DNA from: a virus
Taxonomy: Duplodnaviria > Heunggongvirae > Uroviricota > Caudoviricetes
IMG/VR virus record: IMGVR_UViG_647533158_000004
Length of the DNA: 40,450 nucleotides
Reading direction: 5' to 3' (one strand)
Below the pieces are notes generated by a model. It ran no database searches. It was not told the DNA's origin and saw only the letters and a list, made by a program, of their open reading frames with translations. Positions 1 to 8,421 of the stretch are shown here, in pieces (the first letter of the stretch is position 1; each line of letters starts with the position of its first letter). The position numbers were made by a program, and so were the translations under genes.

Positions 1-1053
1 TCATAAGAATGCTTTAATCAGTTCTTTTGTGCGCGTGGTTCGTTGTGGTAGCTTGGTTGTTGATGATAAACAACTTGTTACATAGGCTGCATAAGGGCCA
101 TCTTCGTCCTGAATTTCATGGGCATCAGCCATCTCTAAGAGAATCGGAATTACACGGGAAGGATTTACATCAAAGTTTGGGTTAGCCGTGAAACCGAGTT
201 CATTTTCAAGTTCATCACTTCCGGGGAAACCAAATTTTAATGCGGTAATAGCACAAAATAATGAGTGAACAACATACGATTTCATCATAAATGAATTACG
301 TAATTCGGAAAAATCTTCCGCCAATAAATTGAAGAAATAATCAATTCTCTCGTTATAGATATTCTCTAAAGGAAAATCATCATCGTATTTTTTATAAATA
401 GCTTCGGTTGCAGGTGCCGACTTTGAACAAAGCCCTCTATCAATGAGTATTGCCATATCTGAGATAAATTCTGCATCACCCATTCTGGCTAATATTTTGG
501 GTGACAATATATTATAAATCTCTAAAAGCTCAGCGTGGGTATCTGCTTTTTCAACGATATACCACTTAAATGCACCTTGAAAAGTAGCATGCCGTTTTTC
601 TGCTGATGTTAGTGGAGATGTATAAGCATTCATTCGTCTAAACATTTCGAGTAATTCAGCCCTGCTTGCTGAATAAACTGTGGATGTTTCAACTTGATAA
701 CTAATAAAACATCTTTTTGCATCATCGGGCAAATCATTAAAATACATGCCAGAATACTTCTTCGATGCCGAAGTAAGTGCAAATTTGTTTTTATAAAAAT
801 CAACGAGAGTTGTTACTCGTTGCTGGCCATCAACAATTTCTTTAATTGGCCTTTCGTTTGTCCTGTCAAATGCTTGATATAAATATATTTTGGGGAAAGG
901 ATAATTTTCTAGAATAGTGTCTATGAAATAACTCTTTGCAAATGGTGGCCATATTCCATTTCCGCGCTGATAATCCTTGTTAATTATTAGTTCTTTTCTC
1001 TCAAGCATTGAAATTAGATCAATTAATGTGATCTGCCCTACATTTGTATTCAT
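1..1053 (-). CDS. DUF262 (ParB/sulfiredoxin-like, DGQQR motif) protein; accessory gene downstream of int, candidate defence gene
   Basis: 350-aa ORF with N-terminal KDYQRG ... IVDGQQRVTTL motif typical of DUF262 as found in GmrSD/SspE-type proteins; no recognisable HNH/DUF1524 C-terminal domain. AGGAG 7 nt upstream of ATG; AT-rich relative to neighbours. Confidence 0.75.
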   Translation of the reverse strand: MNTNVGQITLIDLISMLERKELIINKDYQRGNGIWPPFAKSYFIDTILENYPFPKIYLYQAFDRTNERPIKEIVDGQQRVTTLVDFYKNKFALTSASKKYSGMYFNDLPDDAKRCFISYQVETSTVYSASRAELLEMFRRMNAYTSPLTSAEKRHATFQGAFKWYIVEKADTHAELLEIYNILSPKILARMGDAEFISDMAILIDRGLCSKSAPATEAIYKKYDDDFPLENIYNERIDYFFNLLAEDFSELRNSFMMKSYVVHSLFCAITALKFGFPGSDELENELGFTANPNFDVNPSRVIPILLEMADAHEIQDEDGPYAAYVTSCLSSTTKLPQRTTRTKELIKAFL

Positions 1054-1084
1054 GACTATTCTCCTGACTATGAAAAGGAGGGTT

Positions 1085-1112
1085 ATTTTACATCAATAAT
1101 AAAATTGTTCAA
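1085..1112 (-). promoter_or_regulatory. Possible sigma70 promoter for the DUF262 gene
   Basis: On minus strand TTGAAC, ~16-nt spacer, TAAAAT in the int-DUF262 intergenic region. Confidence 0.25.
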
Positions 1113-1152
1113 TATTCATAGTTTATAGGGAGTCTTTTGAAGAGGTTCATAG

Positions 1153-2283
1153 TTAAAACTGGTGGATATACATCCAATCTTTTCCCCGATCATCATGATA
1201 ACGATCGGTTTGTTGTTGCGTTTTATGGCCAAGTAGTTTTTGTGTGTCTACCCCCTGTTCTTTGTACAGACGTTCAGATAAAGACCTTTGTTCATGGAAT
1301 GTTGCTGGTGAGCCATTACCCCAGTCAATTTCTGCCAAATCTCTCGCTCTACTAAAATTCGTCGTCAATGTATTGGATTTAACCTGCGCGCCACGTTCAG
1401 CCTGTGAAGTGGTACGAAAAAAATGCACAAGGTATGGGCTGACTGCATAGTCACGGCAGCGGGCGACTACATCGCGTAAACTCCAGTTAATCGCGTTGAG
1501 ACGAAGAGAAAGCGGGATGGCGATTTTGCTCCCGGTTTTTTCCTGGATGACATGGAGATGATCATCCCAAATATCGCTAAATTTCATACGCGAGATATCA
1601 CCTAACCTCTGGCCGGTAACCAGTGCTAACAGCATGGCATTCCCCATATAACGATGACTGGCATCTGCGATATCAAAGATTTTTTGCCATTCTTCAAGAC
1701 TTAACCGTTGTCGGGTAATTTTTCTTCTGGGTTGTTTGGTTGCCTGTGCTGGATTATAGCCCGGAGGGACTTCCCCATAGTGTTGTGCCTCCTTGAATAC
1801 ATCAATTAGAACGGAGCGGACTACTTGCGCCATCCTCGGTTGCCCGGCAGTGATATACTCGTCAAGCAATTGCGCTATATCCCTTACATCAACTGATGAA
1901 ATTAATTTCATTCCTGCTCGTTCCCTGAGCAAGGATACTGGTTTGGCTTTCTGTTTATAGGTGTTGAGCTTTATATCGCCACTTTCCAGTCTGTCATCCT
2001 GGATTGCTTGATAGCGATCTAACCAGGTTGACGTTGTGATTGCTTTTCCTTTGCTGGTTGCGATCCTGTCACTGATAGCCAGAATCTGCCGGGTTCTTTG
2101 CTCAGCCAGGCGTGAATTTGCCTCAGTGGCAATAGCAATGGCTTCAGCTTCGTTTGTGCCTAAAGAATGAAACTTCCCGGTCACTGGATGTTTATATCGC
2201 CAATAGACTTTATTTACTTTTCTACTATAAAGTGGATACAAGTTCGGGACTGAAACATTATTTTTACGTGGTCTGGCTGCCAT
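1153..2283 (-). CDS. int: Tyrosine integrase, lambda Int family
   Basis: 376 aa; N-terminal arm-binding-like region and C-terminal catalytic region (HEQRSLSERLY ... LLGHK ... RYHDDRG) closely resembling lambda Int. Confidence 0.95.
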   Translation of the reverse strand: MAARPRKNNVSVPNLYPLYSRKVNKVYWRYKHPVTGKFHSLGTNEAEAIAIATEANSRLAEQRTRQILAISDRIATSKGKAITTSTWLDRYQAIQDDRLESGDIKLNTYKQKAKPVSLLRERAGMKLISSVDVRDIAQLLDEYITAGQPRMAQVVRSVLIDVFKEAQHYGEVPPGYNPAQATKQPRRKITRQRLSLEEWQKIFDIADASHRYMGNAMLLALVTGQRLGDISRMKFSDIWDDHLHVIQEKTGSKIAIPLSLRLNAINWSLRDVVARCRDYAVSPYLVHFFRTTSQAERGAQVKSNTLTTNFSRARDLAEIDWGNGSPATFHEQRSLSERLYKEQGVDTQKLLGHKTQQQTDRYHDDRGKDWMYIHQF

Positions 2284-2500
2284 TACTTAAAATCCTTTGT
2301 AGAATAATAGAATCACTTTTCTTGATGACAGGAGTAACTAATTCCCCAACTAACTCTGCGTCCTCACGTACTCGCCATAGTCGACCTTGTTTCATTGCCG
2401 GTGGACAAAATAAATTCTGCTTAGCATAACGACGCAATGTGGACACACTTGGAGGATTACTCCTAAATTTTTCCGCAGCCCATTCCTCAAGTGTCAGCAT
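2264..2500 (-). CDS. xis: Excisionase (lambda Xis-like)
   Basis: MLTLEEW ... PP ... RLWRV resembles lambda Xis; overlaps int start. Start uncertain (in-frame ATGs at 2500, 2509, 2524). Confidence 0.7.
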   Translation of the reverse strand: MLTLEEWAAEKFRSNPPSVSTLRRYAKQNLFCPPAMKQGRLWRVREDAELVGELVTPVIKKSDSIILQRILSNGSQTT

Positions 2501-2564
2501 TTGAAGCATTTTTGATAACCTCATTTCTTTTGCTACAAAACTATTTCACTAGTTAATTTCGCTG

Positions 2565-3101
2565 TCAGGATTGCTTATGTATCTTATGCAGCTCTTTAAA
2601 ACGTTCCATAAATATCTCGTAGGCATGGCCAGGAGCCAGAGGAATAACTTCGAACATCTCTGTTGCTGGGATACCTTCCAATACTGGCCAGAAAGAGCCA
2701 TCATCAAGCCCGAGATCGCGGCGTTCGGTTGCCAGCATGATGAGATCGGCATATTTCACGGGCGTGCTCATAGCCTGAGGTAACCCGTATTTCTCACGGA
2801 TTACGGCGTCTATTTTTTCTTCCATCCGTTTATAGTCAGGAAGAAGGCGTTTCAGTGGTGCGGGAATGTCCTGGCAATACGCTTCTGTTGCATCATGCAT
2901 TAACGCTTCAAAAGCAAATTCCTGCGGCACCAGCTGGCTGCAAAGAACCGCATGTTGGGCGACGCTGTAGAAGTGCGAAAGATGACCGGCAAAGCGACAG
3001 ATATTTGAAAGGGAAACCGCGATATCGTTAATATCGATGTCGTCTTTATTTATCCTGCCATAATAAAAATGCTTCCCGGAAAAAGTTTTAATAAATGACA
3101 T
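2565..3101 (-). CDS. yfdR: HD-domain phosphohydrolase, YfdR-like
   Basis: 178 aa from ATG at 3101 with GGAG upstream; HD-type histidine/aspartate motifs (H..HD.TE); matches length and remembered sequence of KplE1 prophage YfdR. Confidence 0.75.
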   Translation of the reverse strand: MSFIKTFSGKHFYYGRINKDDIDINDIAVSLSNICRFAGHLSHFYSVAQHAVLCSQLVPQEFAFEALMHDATEAYCQDIPAPLKRLLPDYKRMEEKIDAVIREKYGLPQAMSTPVKYADLIMLATERRDLGLDDGSFWPVLEGIPATEMFEVIPLAPGHAYEIFMERFKELHKIHKQS

Positions 3102-3228
3102 TTTGTTCTCCACGTATATGCACTGCACCGCGCTGAATTCTGGTAAAAGGAAGCCCTCACCATCCGGCGATTATTGAGTTAATTACGTTTCCATAAATGC
3201 CCCCGCAGGGGCATTTGCAGTAATGAAA

Positions 3229-4053
3229 TCAGGCGGTGAAAGTACCAATAAAGGTTTCTACTTTGCTGTCTTTGAATTTCTCAACAAGCAGATCACGAAA
3301 TTCGTTAGCCATTTCTTCCTGCACTGCTTCCAGCTGAATAATGCGCAGAACCAGTACAGGACGATCGCCAGTGATAATGCTGAGGCGTAATTTAAACGGA
3401 CGTTCTTTCAGACCTTCAAACGGAACGCATTTAAATTCAAATGCCACTGGCATAATATCTTTGGTCTTCGCTTCGACAGACTCCATCAGGGAGCGTTTGC
3501 CGCTGAAGTCATTATCTTCAAAATCAGCGGTCTGGTTTGCTTCAATCGTGATTTTACGGACAGCCGCAGCCGCTTTTGTTGCCTGAATAGCGTCACCATT
3601 AGCATCAAAGCCCACAAGGTAGTCGGCCCAGTCTTCAATCCATTCTGCCAGTGACTTCTGGGAGTTACGCTCGCCATTAACAGACAACAGAGCAGAGAAC
3701 GGCGCTGCCTTTTTCAGTTTGAGAGTGGCGGTGTTATCTGCGTGACCTGGTTCATCAATAGTACCCAGGTTAAGCACACTGACGGCACGCATATTATCAG
3801 CATCGATAAAGCAGCGGGTGCCTTCATCTGCAAGATCTTTAGAATAACGGGTAAAGTCATCGATGCTGGCAGTGGAAAGCGCACCACGGAAACGGAAGCG
3901 ATTTAAATTAAATTTTTCCAGATCATGAATGCGGAAATTTTCAGGTAATGCCACTGCGTCGGCACCAATCTTACTGATAATTTCATTAACACCCTGAGCA
4001 GAAATAAGGGCATGGATTTGATTAATTGCGGTTGCGTCTAAGTTCTGAGACAT
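3229..4053 (-). CDS. yfdQ: DUF2303 family protein, YfdQ-like
   Basis: 274-aa ORF in leftward operon; length and position consistent with YfdQ of KplE1-type prophages (recognition from memory). Confidence 0.7.
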   Translation of the reverse strand: MSQNLDATAINQIHALISAQGVNEIISKIGADAVALPENFRIHDLEKFNLNRFRFRGALSTASIDDFTRYSKDLADEGTRCFIDADNMRAVSVLNLGTIDEPGHADNTATLKLKKAAPFSALLSVNGERNSQKSLAEWIEDWADYLVGFDANGDAIQATKAAAAVRKITIEANQTADFEDNDFSGKRSLMESVEAKTKDIMPVAFEFKCVPFEGLKERPFKLRLSIITGDRPVLVLRIIQLEAVQEEMANEFRDLLVEKFKDSKVETFIGTFTA

Positions 4054-4118
4054 AATAAGTCCTCACTATACAAAGATATTCAGTGATGAGATAAATAATC
4101 AGTTTATTAAGAACGATA

Positions 4119-4481
4119 TTAACGACCTGCTGCGCGGAGTTTTCCGTCAGGTTCACCGGCAAGAGTCAGTAATTGTCCCTGGTCTTCCTGCAGAATAGTC
4201 AGGCGACCACCGCGATTGACATACATCGGCGTTTCGGTAGTGTCTTCTTCGGAAATTTTCCCGCGGTTAGTTGGGCGAACATATGAGAGTTTGTGTTTGA
4301 TTTTCACACGGTTCTCATCAAATGGTTCAATTTCCAGGTTGAGCGAGACCTTACCTTTGGTTTTCGTGTTCATCACACCGGAAGCGACTTCACTGAGAAC
4401 TGCGCCGATTTTGGTTTCAAATACGCCGCCGTCCAGCTCCCCGATAAATGCCTGTACATCAGTACTGCGTTCGCTAGCCAT
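4119..4481 (-). CDS. Hypothetical early-left protein, YfdP-like (120 aa)
   Basis: Internal ATG at 4481 preceded by AGGAG; the longer 196-aa reading of this frame is rejected. Confidence 0.65.
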   Translation of the reverse strand: MASERSTDVQAFIGELDGGVFETKIGAVLSEVASGVMNTKTKGKVSLNLEIEPFDENRVKIKHKLSYVRPTNRGKISEEDTTETPMYVNRGGRLTILQEDQGQLLTLAGEPDGKLRAAGR

Positions 4482-4529
4482 TTTGCTGCTCCTCATCATA
4501 TCGACCCTGCAAGGCCTATTAGTTTCTCC

Positions 4530-4618
4530 ACAAAACAGAGAAGAACACCTGTGGTGGCCGCCGCCCGGATGGATTGGGTTATGAGCCCGTCGTCCGGTGA
4601 TGCTCTTCTCTGTTTTGT
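4530..4618. repeat. Perfect 15-bp inverted repeat with 59-bp GC-rich spacer
   Basis: ACAAAACAGAGAAGA at 4530-4544 and its exact reverse complement TCTTCTCTGTTTTGT at 4604-4618. Confidence 0.8.
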
Positions 4619-4760
4619 AAAAAGGACGGTACCAGCCGGAAGCAAGGGTACAAGCTGGTACCGCCAAGACTACACACAGCAATGAAACTATTGCCTGTCT
4701 TTTCACCACTTCAGGCTCGGTGGTATGCTGGAGTTCTCACACAGCCAGCAAGGAAACCTA

Positions 4761-5102
4761 ATGAACCAGTTTTATGTTCACGTTCGTCTGTTTGAAGCAA
4801 CAGCCGAACAGACCAAAAAATTTGAAGAATTAATGCTTAACTTTCTGTACCAGAAAACAATCAAAGAGTCTGACGATAGCTGCTGCAGACTGATTCCAGA
4901 GGGATATATCCTCAAAAGCACAATGAACTGCCAACAAATCCTTGATCAAACTTTTTCCATTGCTAACAGTGCTGGTGTTGACGCAAATATATTTGTCTGC
5001 AAATTTGAACAAAGCGCATGCTTACTTCCGTCTGCTTCCTTAGTTGGCAACGATTTTGTTCATCACGATCTTACGCCTAAGCCCATCAAGCTCGATTCTT
5101 AA
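4761..5102 (+). CDS. Hypothetical protein (YmfI-like), antisense to the leftward operon
   Basis: 114 aa from ATG 4761 with AAGGAA upstream; overlaps 3' end of the convergent 5040..5348 gene by 63 bp. Confidence 0.4.
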   Translation: MNQFYVHVRLFEATAEQTKKFEELMLNFLYQKTIKESDDSCCRLIPEGYILKSTMNCQQILDQTFSIANSAGVDANIFVCKFEQSACLLPSASLVGNDFVHHDLTPKPIKLDS

Positions 5103-5348
5103 TGCCTTAACCATTGTGTCGTGATAAACACGGCTCACCCTCTCTCCATTGCATGGCAGGGGGGTGATCGTGTTAGCCATGAAATTCATGAACTTGGTTC
5201 GATCAGGATCTTGCGCCCCGCAAGTCTTTAATGCCTGTTTTGCTAACAAAATACGGGCCTCAGTGCCTGCATTTGGCTCTATCTGCTGCAAACGTTTAGC
5301 GTCTTCCAGCAACAATGCGATCACATGCTTCAAATCCTGCTCATTCAT
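5040..5348 (-). CDS. Hypothetical protein (YmfJ-like), first gene of leftward early operon
   Basis: 102 aa; GGAGAG upstream of ATG; immediately downstream (leftward) of OL region. Confidence 0.6.
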   Translation of the reverse strand: MNEQDLKHVIALLLEDAKRLQQIEPNAGTEARILLAKQALKTCGAQDPDRTKFMNFMANTITPLPCNGERVSRVYHDTMVKALRIELDGLRRKIVMNKIVAN

Positions 5349-5445
5349 CTATTCTCTCCACTGAAATCATCCGCTAACGAATCATCCCGGTCTTCGTACG
5401 TACCGGGCGGGCTACTTCGTGGGTGTCCTGCCTGTTCGTTGTCTT

Positions 5446-5503
5446 AACACCTTTAAGTTGTAATTTAGTTGTGGTTTTGAATGTTGTCAACAACTTTATG
5501 TGG
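5446..5503. promoter_or_regulatory. Putative OL operator cluster and PL region
   Basis: AACACCTTTAAGTTGT (5446-5461) and ACAACTTTATGT (5490-5501) are both repeated almost exactly in the cI-cro intergenic region. Confidence 0.5.
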
Positions 5504-5553
5504 TTTGAACGAGTAGCCAAGGAGTGCAAGGATTATCAAAAAAAGGAGGTTGT

Positions 5554-6444
5554 ATGGAAGACGCGCTTTACGCTTTTAATTACACACAGAACCGGGACAA
5601 GTTATTTGCTAACTTGATTAGCATCATTGATGGAATCATTGCAGATGGAGTTGTCCGTGAAGAGGAGGTTCTTTACTTAGATACATGGTTACTTGAAGCA
5701 AAGCAGATTATCAATAATGGAGTTATAAAAAGTCTATCTGCTCGGGTGTCGGATATTCTTGCGGATGGAATAATCACATCAGAAGAACGTGATGACCTTA
5801 AAAATAGCCTTCTCCAAATACAGAGGGAAATTCTTGATATCCCTGAAATTGATTTTTACTCCAAGGATGTAGATGTCCATTTACTTAATGGACTATGTAA
5901 AGGATTAATTGCTGATCGGAACTTAACTCAAGAAGAAATAAGATATCTTAATTGGTGGCTTGAGCAAAATGGAGCTTTGAAGAACAACTACCCAGGAAAA
6001 AAACTTTATGCACTTGTAAAGGAAATTCTTAAAGATGGTGTTATTACTGAAGATGAGAGTTTAACTCTACATAAGGCATTAGTAGACTTCACAGGATGTG
6101 ACTTGGAAAGTGGGGTGGTGGATGGTTTGGCGACCAGGCTGCCTATTGATGTAGGGGCTTCGATAGAGTTAGAGGGTAAAACCTATTGTCTTACAGGCAC
6201 TTTTGTTGCAGGAAAGAGAGCCGTAGTTGAAAATTTGATTAAAAATGCTGGTGGGAACATCAGTAGTGGAATTACTCAAAAGTTGGATTTTTTAGTAATT
6301 GGGACGCTTTCCTCCCGTGATTGGAAATTCTCTAGTCACGGAAGGAAGATCGAAAAGGCTATATCTTATAGGGATGATAATGGTGCAAAACTTAAAATTA
6401 TTTCTGAAGAAATGCTTTTCGATGCATTACCAAGTTCGCGATGA
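5554..6444 (+). CDS. Accessory protein with four tandem ADG-motif repeats (TerB-like) and a C-terminal BRCT-like domain
   Basis: AGGAGG then ATG at 5554. Four ~35-aa repeats (IIADGVVREEE / ILADGIITSEE / LIADRNLTQEE / ILKDGVITEDE). C-terminus GKTYCLTGTF ... LDFLVIGT ... KIEKA resembles the BRCT domain of NAD-dependent DNA ligase. AT-rich; convergent with cI and overlaps it by 18 bp. Confidence 0.8.
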   Translation: MEDALYAFNYTQNRDKLFANLISIIDGIIADGVVREEEVLYLDTWLLEAKQIINNGVIKSLSARVSDILADGIITSEERDDLKNSLLQIQREILDIPEIDFYSKDVDVHLLNGLCKGLIADRNLTQEEIRYLNWWLEQNGALKNNYPGKKLYALVKEILKDGVITEDESLTLHKALVDFTGCDLESGVVDGLATRLPIDVGASIELEGKTYCLTGTFVAGKRAVVENLIKNAGGNISSGITQKLDFLVIGTLSSRDWKFSSHGRKIEKAISYRDDNGAKLKIISEEMLFDALPSSR

Positions 6445-7113
6445 CCAGAATACCCTACCTATAACATGAATTCTGGCTCGTCTATCTTCAAAGGTGAGTA
6501 TTTCATCTGGGTACTCATCTTTGTTGAAGCTTCTAAGAATCAAGCCACCGTCAGGTAAGTTGATAAGTATTTTAACCCTTAGCAATACACCATCTCGTAC
6601 GGCATAAAGATCGCCATCACGAATAGGAACGGTTTGAGAAATATCAACGGCAACAAGATCTCCATTATTGAGAACCGGTAATAAACTGTTCCCCCATATT
6701 TGTACGATCTTGGCATTAGATGCACATACGCCAGATTTTCTCAAATCTGCTCTTCTTAACGGAAACCAGTCAATAGCTGATTCAACTATTTCAGCCAGAC
6801 ATCCGTTACCTGCCGATAACTCGACATCTAAAACAGGAATGTTTACGAAAATATCGGGGTCTAATGCGGTGCTTTCTGCTTCTTTTACAACAAGATCAGG
6901 TATGGATGCGTTGTCTTCAATACCAAGTTGTAACCACTTTTGTGATACACCTAAAACTTTTGCAATTTCTTTAATTTTGCGCGGTTGTAGAGTTTCGCCA
7001 TTCTCTATTTTGGCTACAGATTGTTGTGAAAGTCCAATTTTTTCAGCTAGTTGAGCTTGGCTCATGCCAGCTTTCTCTCTACCTATCTTTAATCGTTCTG
7101 CCAGTGTTTTCAC
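6427..7113 (-). CDS. cI: CI-type repressor (XRE HTH plus S24 LexA-like peptidase domain)
   Basis: GTG start with GAGGG RBS; N-terminal HTH (SQAQLAEKIGLSQQSVAKIE) and C-terminal S24 autocleavage domain. Confidence 0.9.
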   Translation of the reverse strand: MKTLAERLKIGREKAGMSQAQLAEKIGLSQQSVAKIENGETLQPRKIKEIAKVLGVSQKWLQLGIEDNASIPDLVVKEAESTALDPDIFVNIPVLDVELSAGNGCLAEIVESAIDWFPLRRADLRKSGVCASNAKIVQIWGNSLLPVLNNGDLVAVDISQTVPIRDGDLYAVRDGVLLRVKILINLPDGGLILRSFNKDEYPDEILTFEDRRARIHVIGRVFWSSRTW

Positions 7114-7138
7114 AACATATCCCTCTCTTTTTTGATGA

Positions 7139-7239
7139 GGTTACAACTTTATGTTTTAGCTTTCCAACACCTAAAAGTTGTGGTGAAAGTTGTTAATGTT
7201 GTATTCTTGCAGCTCGTAACAACTTAACTACCAAAAAAG
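7139..7239. promoter_or_regulatory. Putative OR operators with divergent PRM/PR
   Basis: ACAACTTTATGT (7143-7154), AACACCTAAAAGTTGT (7166-7181) and further AAGTTGT/ACAACTT half-sites between cI and cro. Confidence 0.55.
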
Positions 7240-7248
7240 GAGAAAGCT

Positions 7249-7497
7249 ATGACACCTGAGCAATTAGCCTTATCGGAGGCAATCGCTCTGGCTGGTGGTC
7301 AATCAGAATTGGCTCGGAAGCTCACAGCCAGCAGCGGTCATTTAGTAAAGCAACAACATGTCTGGAACTGGTTGAACAGAGAAAAGCGTCCCCCTGCAAA
7401 GCTCTCGATATTCATTGAAAAGACCACTGGCATATCAAAAGAAAAATTACGTCCAGATATTTTTCAAAAGATTAAAGATTCATCAGATGAAAAGTAA
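7249..7497 (+). CDS. cro: Cro-like repressor (YdaS/DUF1019-type HTH)
   Basis: 82 aa, AAGGAG RBS; HTH similar to Rac YdaS-type Cro proteins; divergent from cI. Confidence 0.85.
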   Translation: MTPEQLALSEAIALAGGQSELARKLTASSGHLVKQQHVWNWLNREKRPPAKLSIFIEKTTGISKEKLRPDIFQKIKDSSDEK

Positions 7498-7519
7498 CCA
7501 CAGTTTTAAGGAGATAGCC

Positions 7520-8077
7520 GTGGGTAAGCATCACTGGAAAATAGAAAAACAGCCTGAGTGGTACGTGAAAGCTGTCAGAAAAACTATCGCGGCGTTGCCG
7601 GGGGGTTACGCTGAAGCCGCTGACTGGCTGGATGTAACAGAGAACGCTTTATTCAACCGCCTTCGTGCAGATGGCGATCAGATTTTCCCGCTGGGATGGG
7701 CAATGGTTTTACAGCGTGCTGGTGGCACTCACTTCATTGCTGATGCTGTGGCGCAGTCTGCAAATGGCGTCTTTGTGTCTCTTCCTGACGTCGAGGATGT
7801 GGACAACGCCGATATTAACCAGCGTCTGCTGGAAGTCATTGAACAGATCGGCAGTTATTCAAAACAGATTCGTTCAGCAATCGAAGACGGCGTAGTGGAA
7901 CCGCATGAGAAGACAGCAATTAACGACGAGCTGTATCTCTCAATTTCGAAGCTGCAGGAGCATGCAGCACTTGTCTACAAAATTTTTTGCATTTCAGAAA
8001 GTAATGACGCCCGCGAGTGTGCAGCTCCGGGCGTCGTGGCGTCGATTGCTTCTGGTTGTGGAGAAACTAACGCATGA
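7520..8077 (+). CDS. CII-position regulatory protein (YdaT/YmfL-like)
   Basis: GTG start at 7520 preceded by AAGGAG; 186 aa; position directly after cro. Confidence 0.65.
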   Translation: MGKHHWKIEKQPEWYVKAVRKTIAALPGGYAEAADWLDVTENALFNRLRADGDQIFPLGWAMVLQRAGGTHFIADAVAQSANGVFVSLPDVEDVDNADINQRLLEVIEQIGSYSKQIRSAIEDGVVEPHEKTAINDELYLSISKLQEHAALVYKIFCISESNDARECAAPGVVASIASGCGETNA

Positions 8078-8412
8078 ACAGTTTAACAACACACTACCGT
8101 CGCTCGCAACTGATTGCGCTTCCTGTACCGGGTGGAAAAGCGAAGGTGGAATATTGCTATGCAGTGAATGTACCAGGTGACAGGGAAATTGTAACCCACA
8201 GCTTTGCAGAGTGGGCTGTGGGTGATTTCAACCGGCAGAAGGAGACAGTCCTTTGCGACAAGTTAACCGCTGGTTCAAAGATCACTACGGAGTGCTCGTC
8301 AGAGTCATTCGTTGGGAGCCGGAAACACAACGGGTTATCTACCTCCGCGAAGGTTATGAGCATGAATGCTTCAGTCCGCTCGAACAGTTTCGTCGTAAAT
8401 TCAGGGAAATAG
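8074..8412 (+). CDS. Hypothetical protein (YmfM-like)
   Basis: ATGA start/stop overlap with upstream gene suggests coupling; C-terminal half is low complexity and an alternative frame looks more protein-like (see findings). Confidence 0.45.
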   Translation: MNSLTTHYRRSQLIALPVPGGKAKVEYCYAVNVPGDREIVTHSFAEWAVGDFNRQKETVLCDKLTAGSKITTECSSESFVGSRKHNGLSTSAKVMSMNASVRSNSFVVNSGK

Positions 8413-8421
8413 AGGTCGGTC

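Noticed and set aside
1137-1450. Plus-strand ORFs overlapping the integrase gene (1137..1355, 1244..1450)
   Set aside because: Entirely antisense to a confidently identified integrase, with no start signals.
4482-4709. N-terminal 76-aa extension of the 196-aa ORF 4119..4709
   Set aside because: The extension is hydrophobic and low complexity, spans the 15-bp inverted repeat, and has no RBS, whereas the internal ATG at 4481 has AGGAG and gives a 120-aa product.
5524-5553. Longer 306-aa start (5524) for the BRCT-domain gene
   Set aside because: The ATG at 5554 is directly preceded by AGGAGG, while the upstream start has no RBS and would overlap the operator region.
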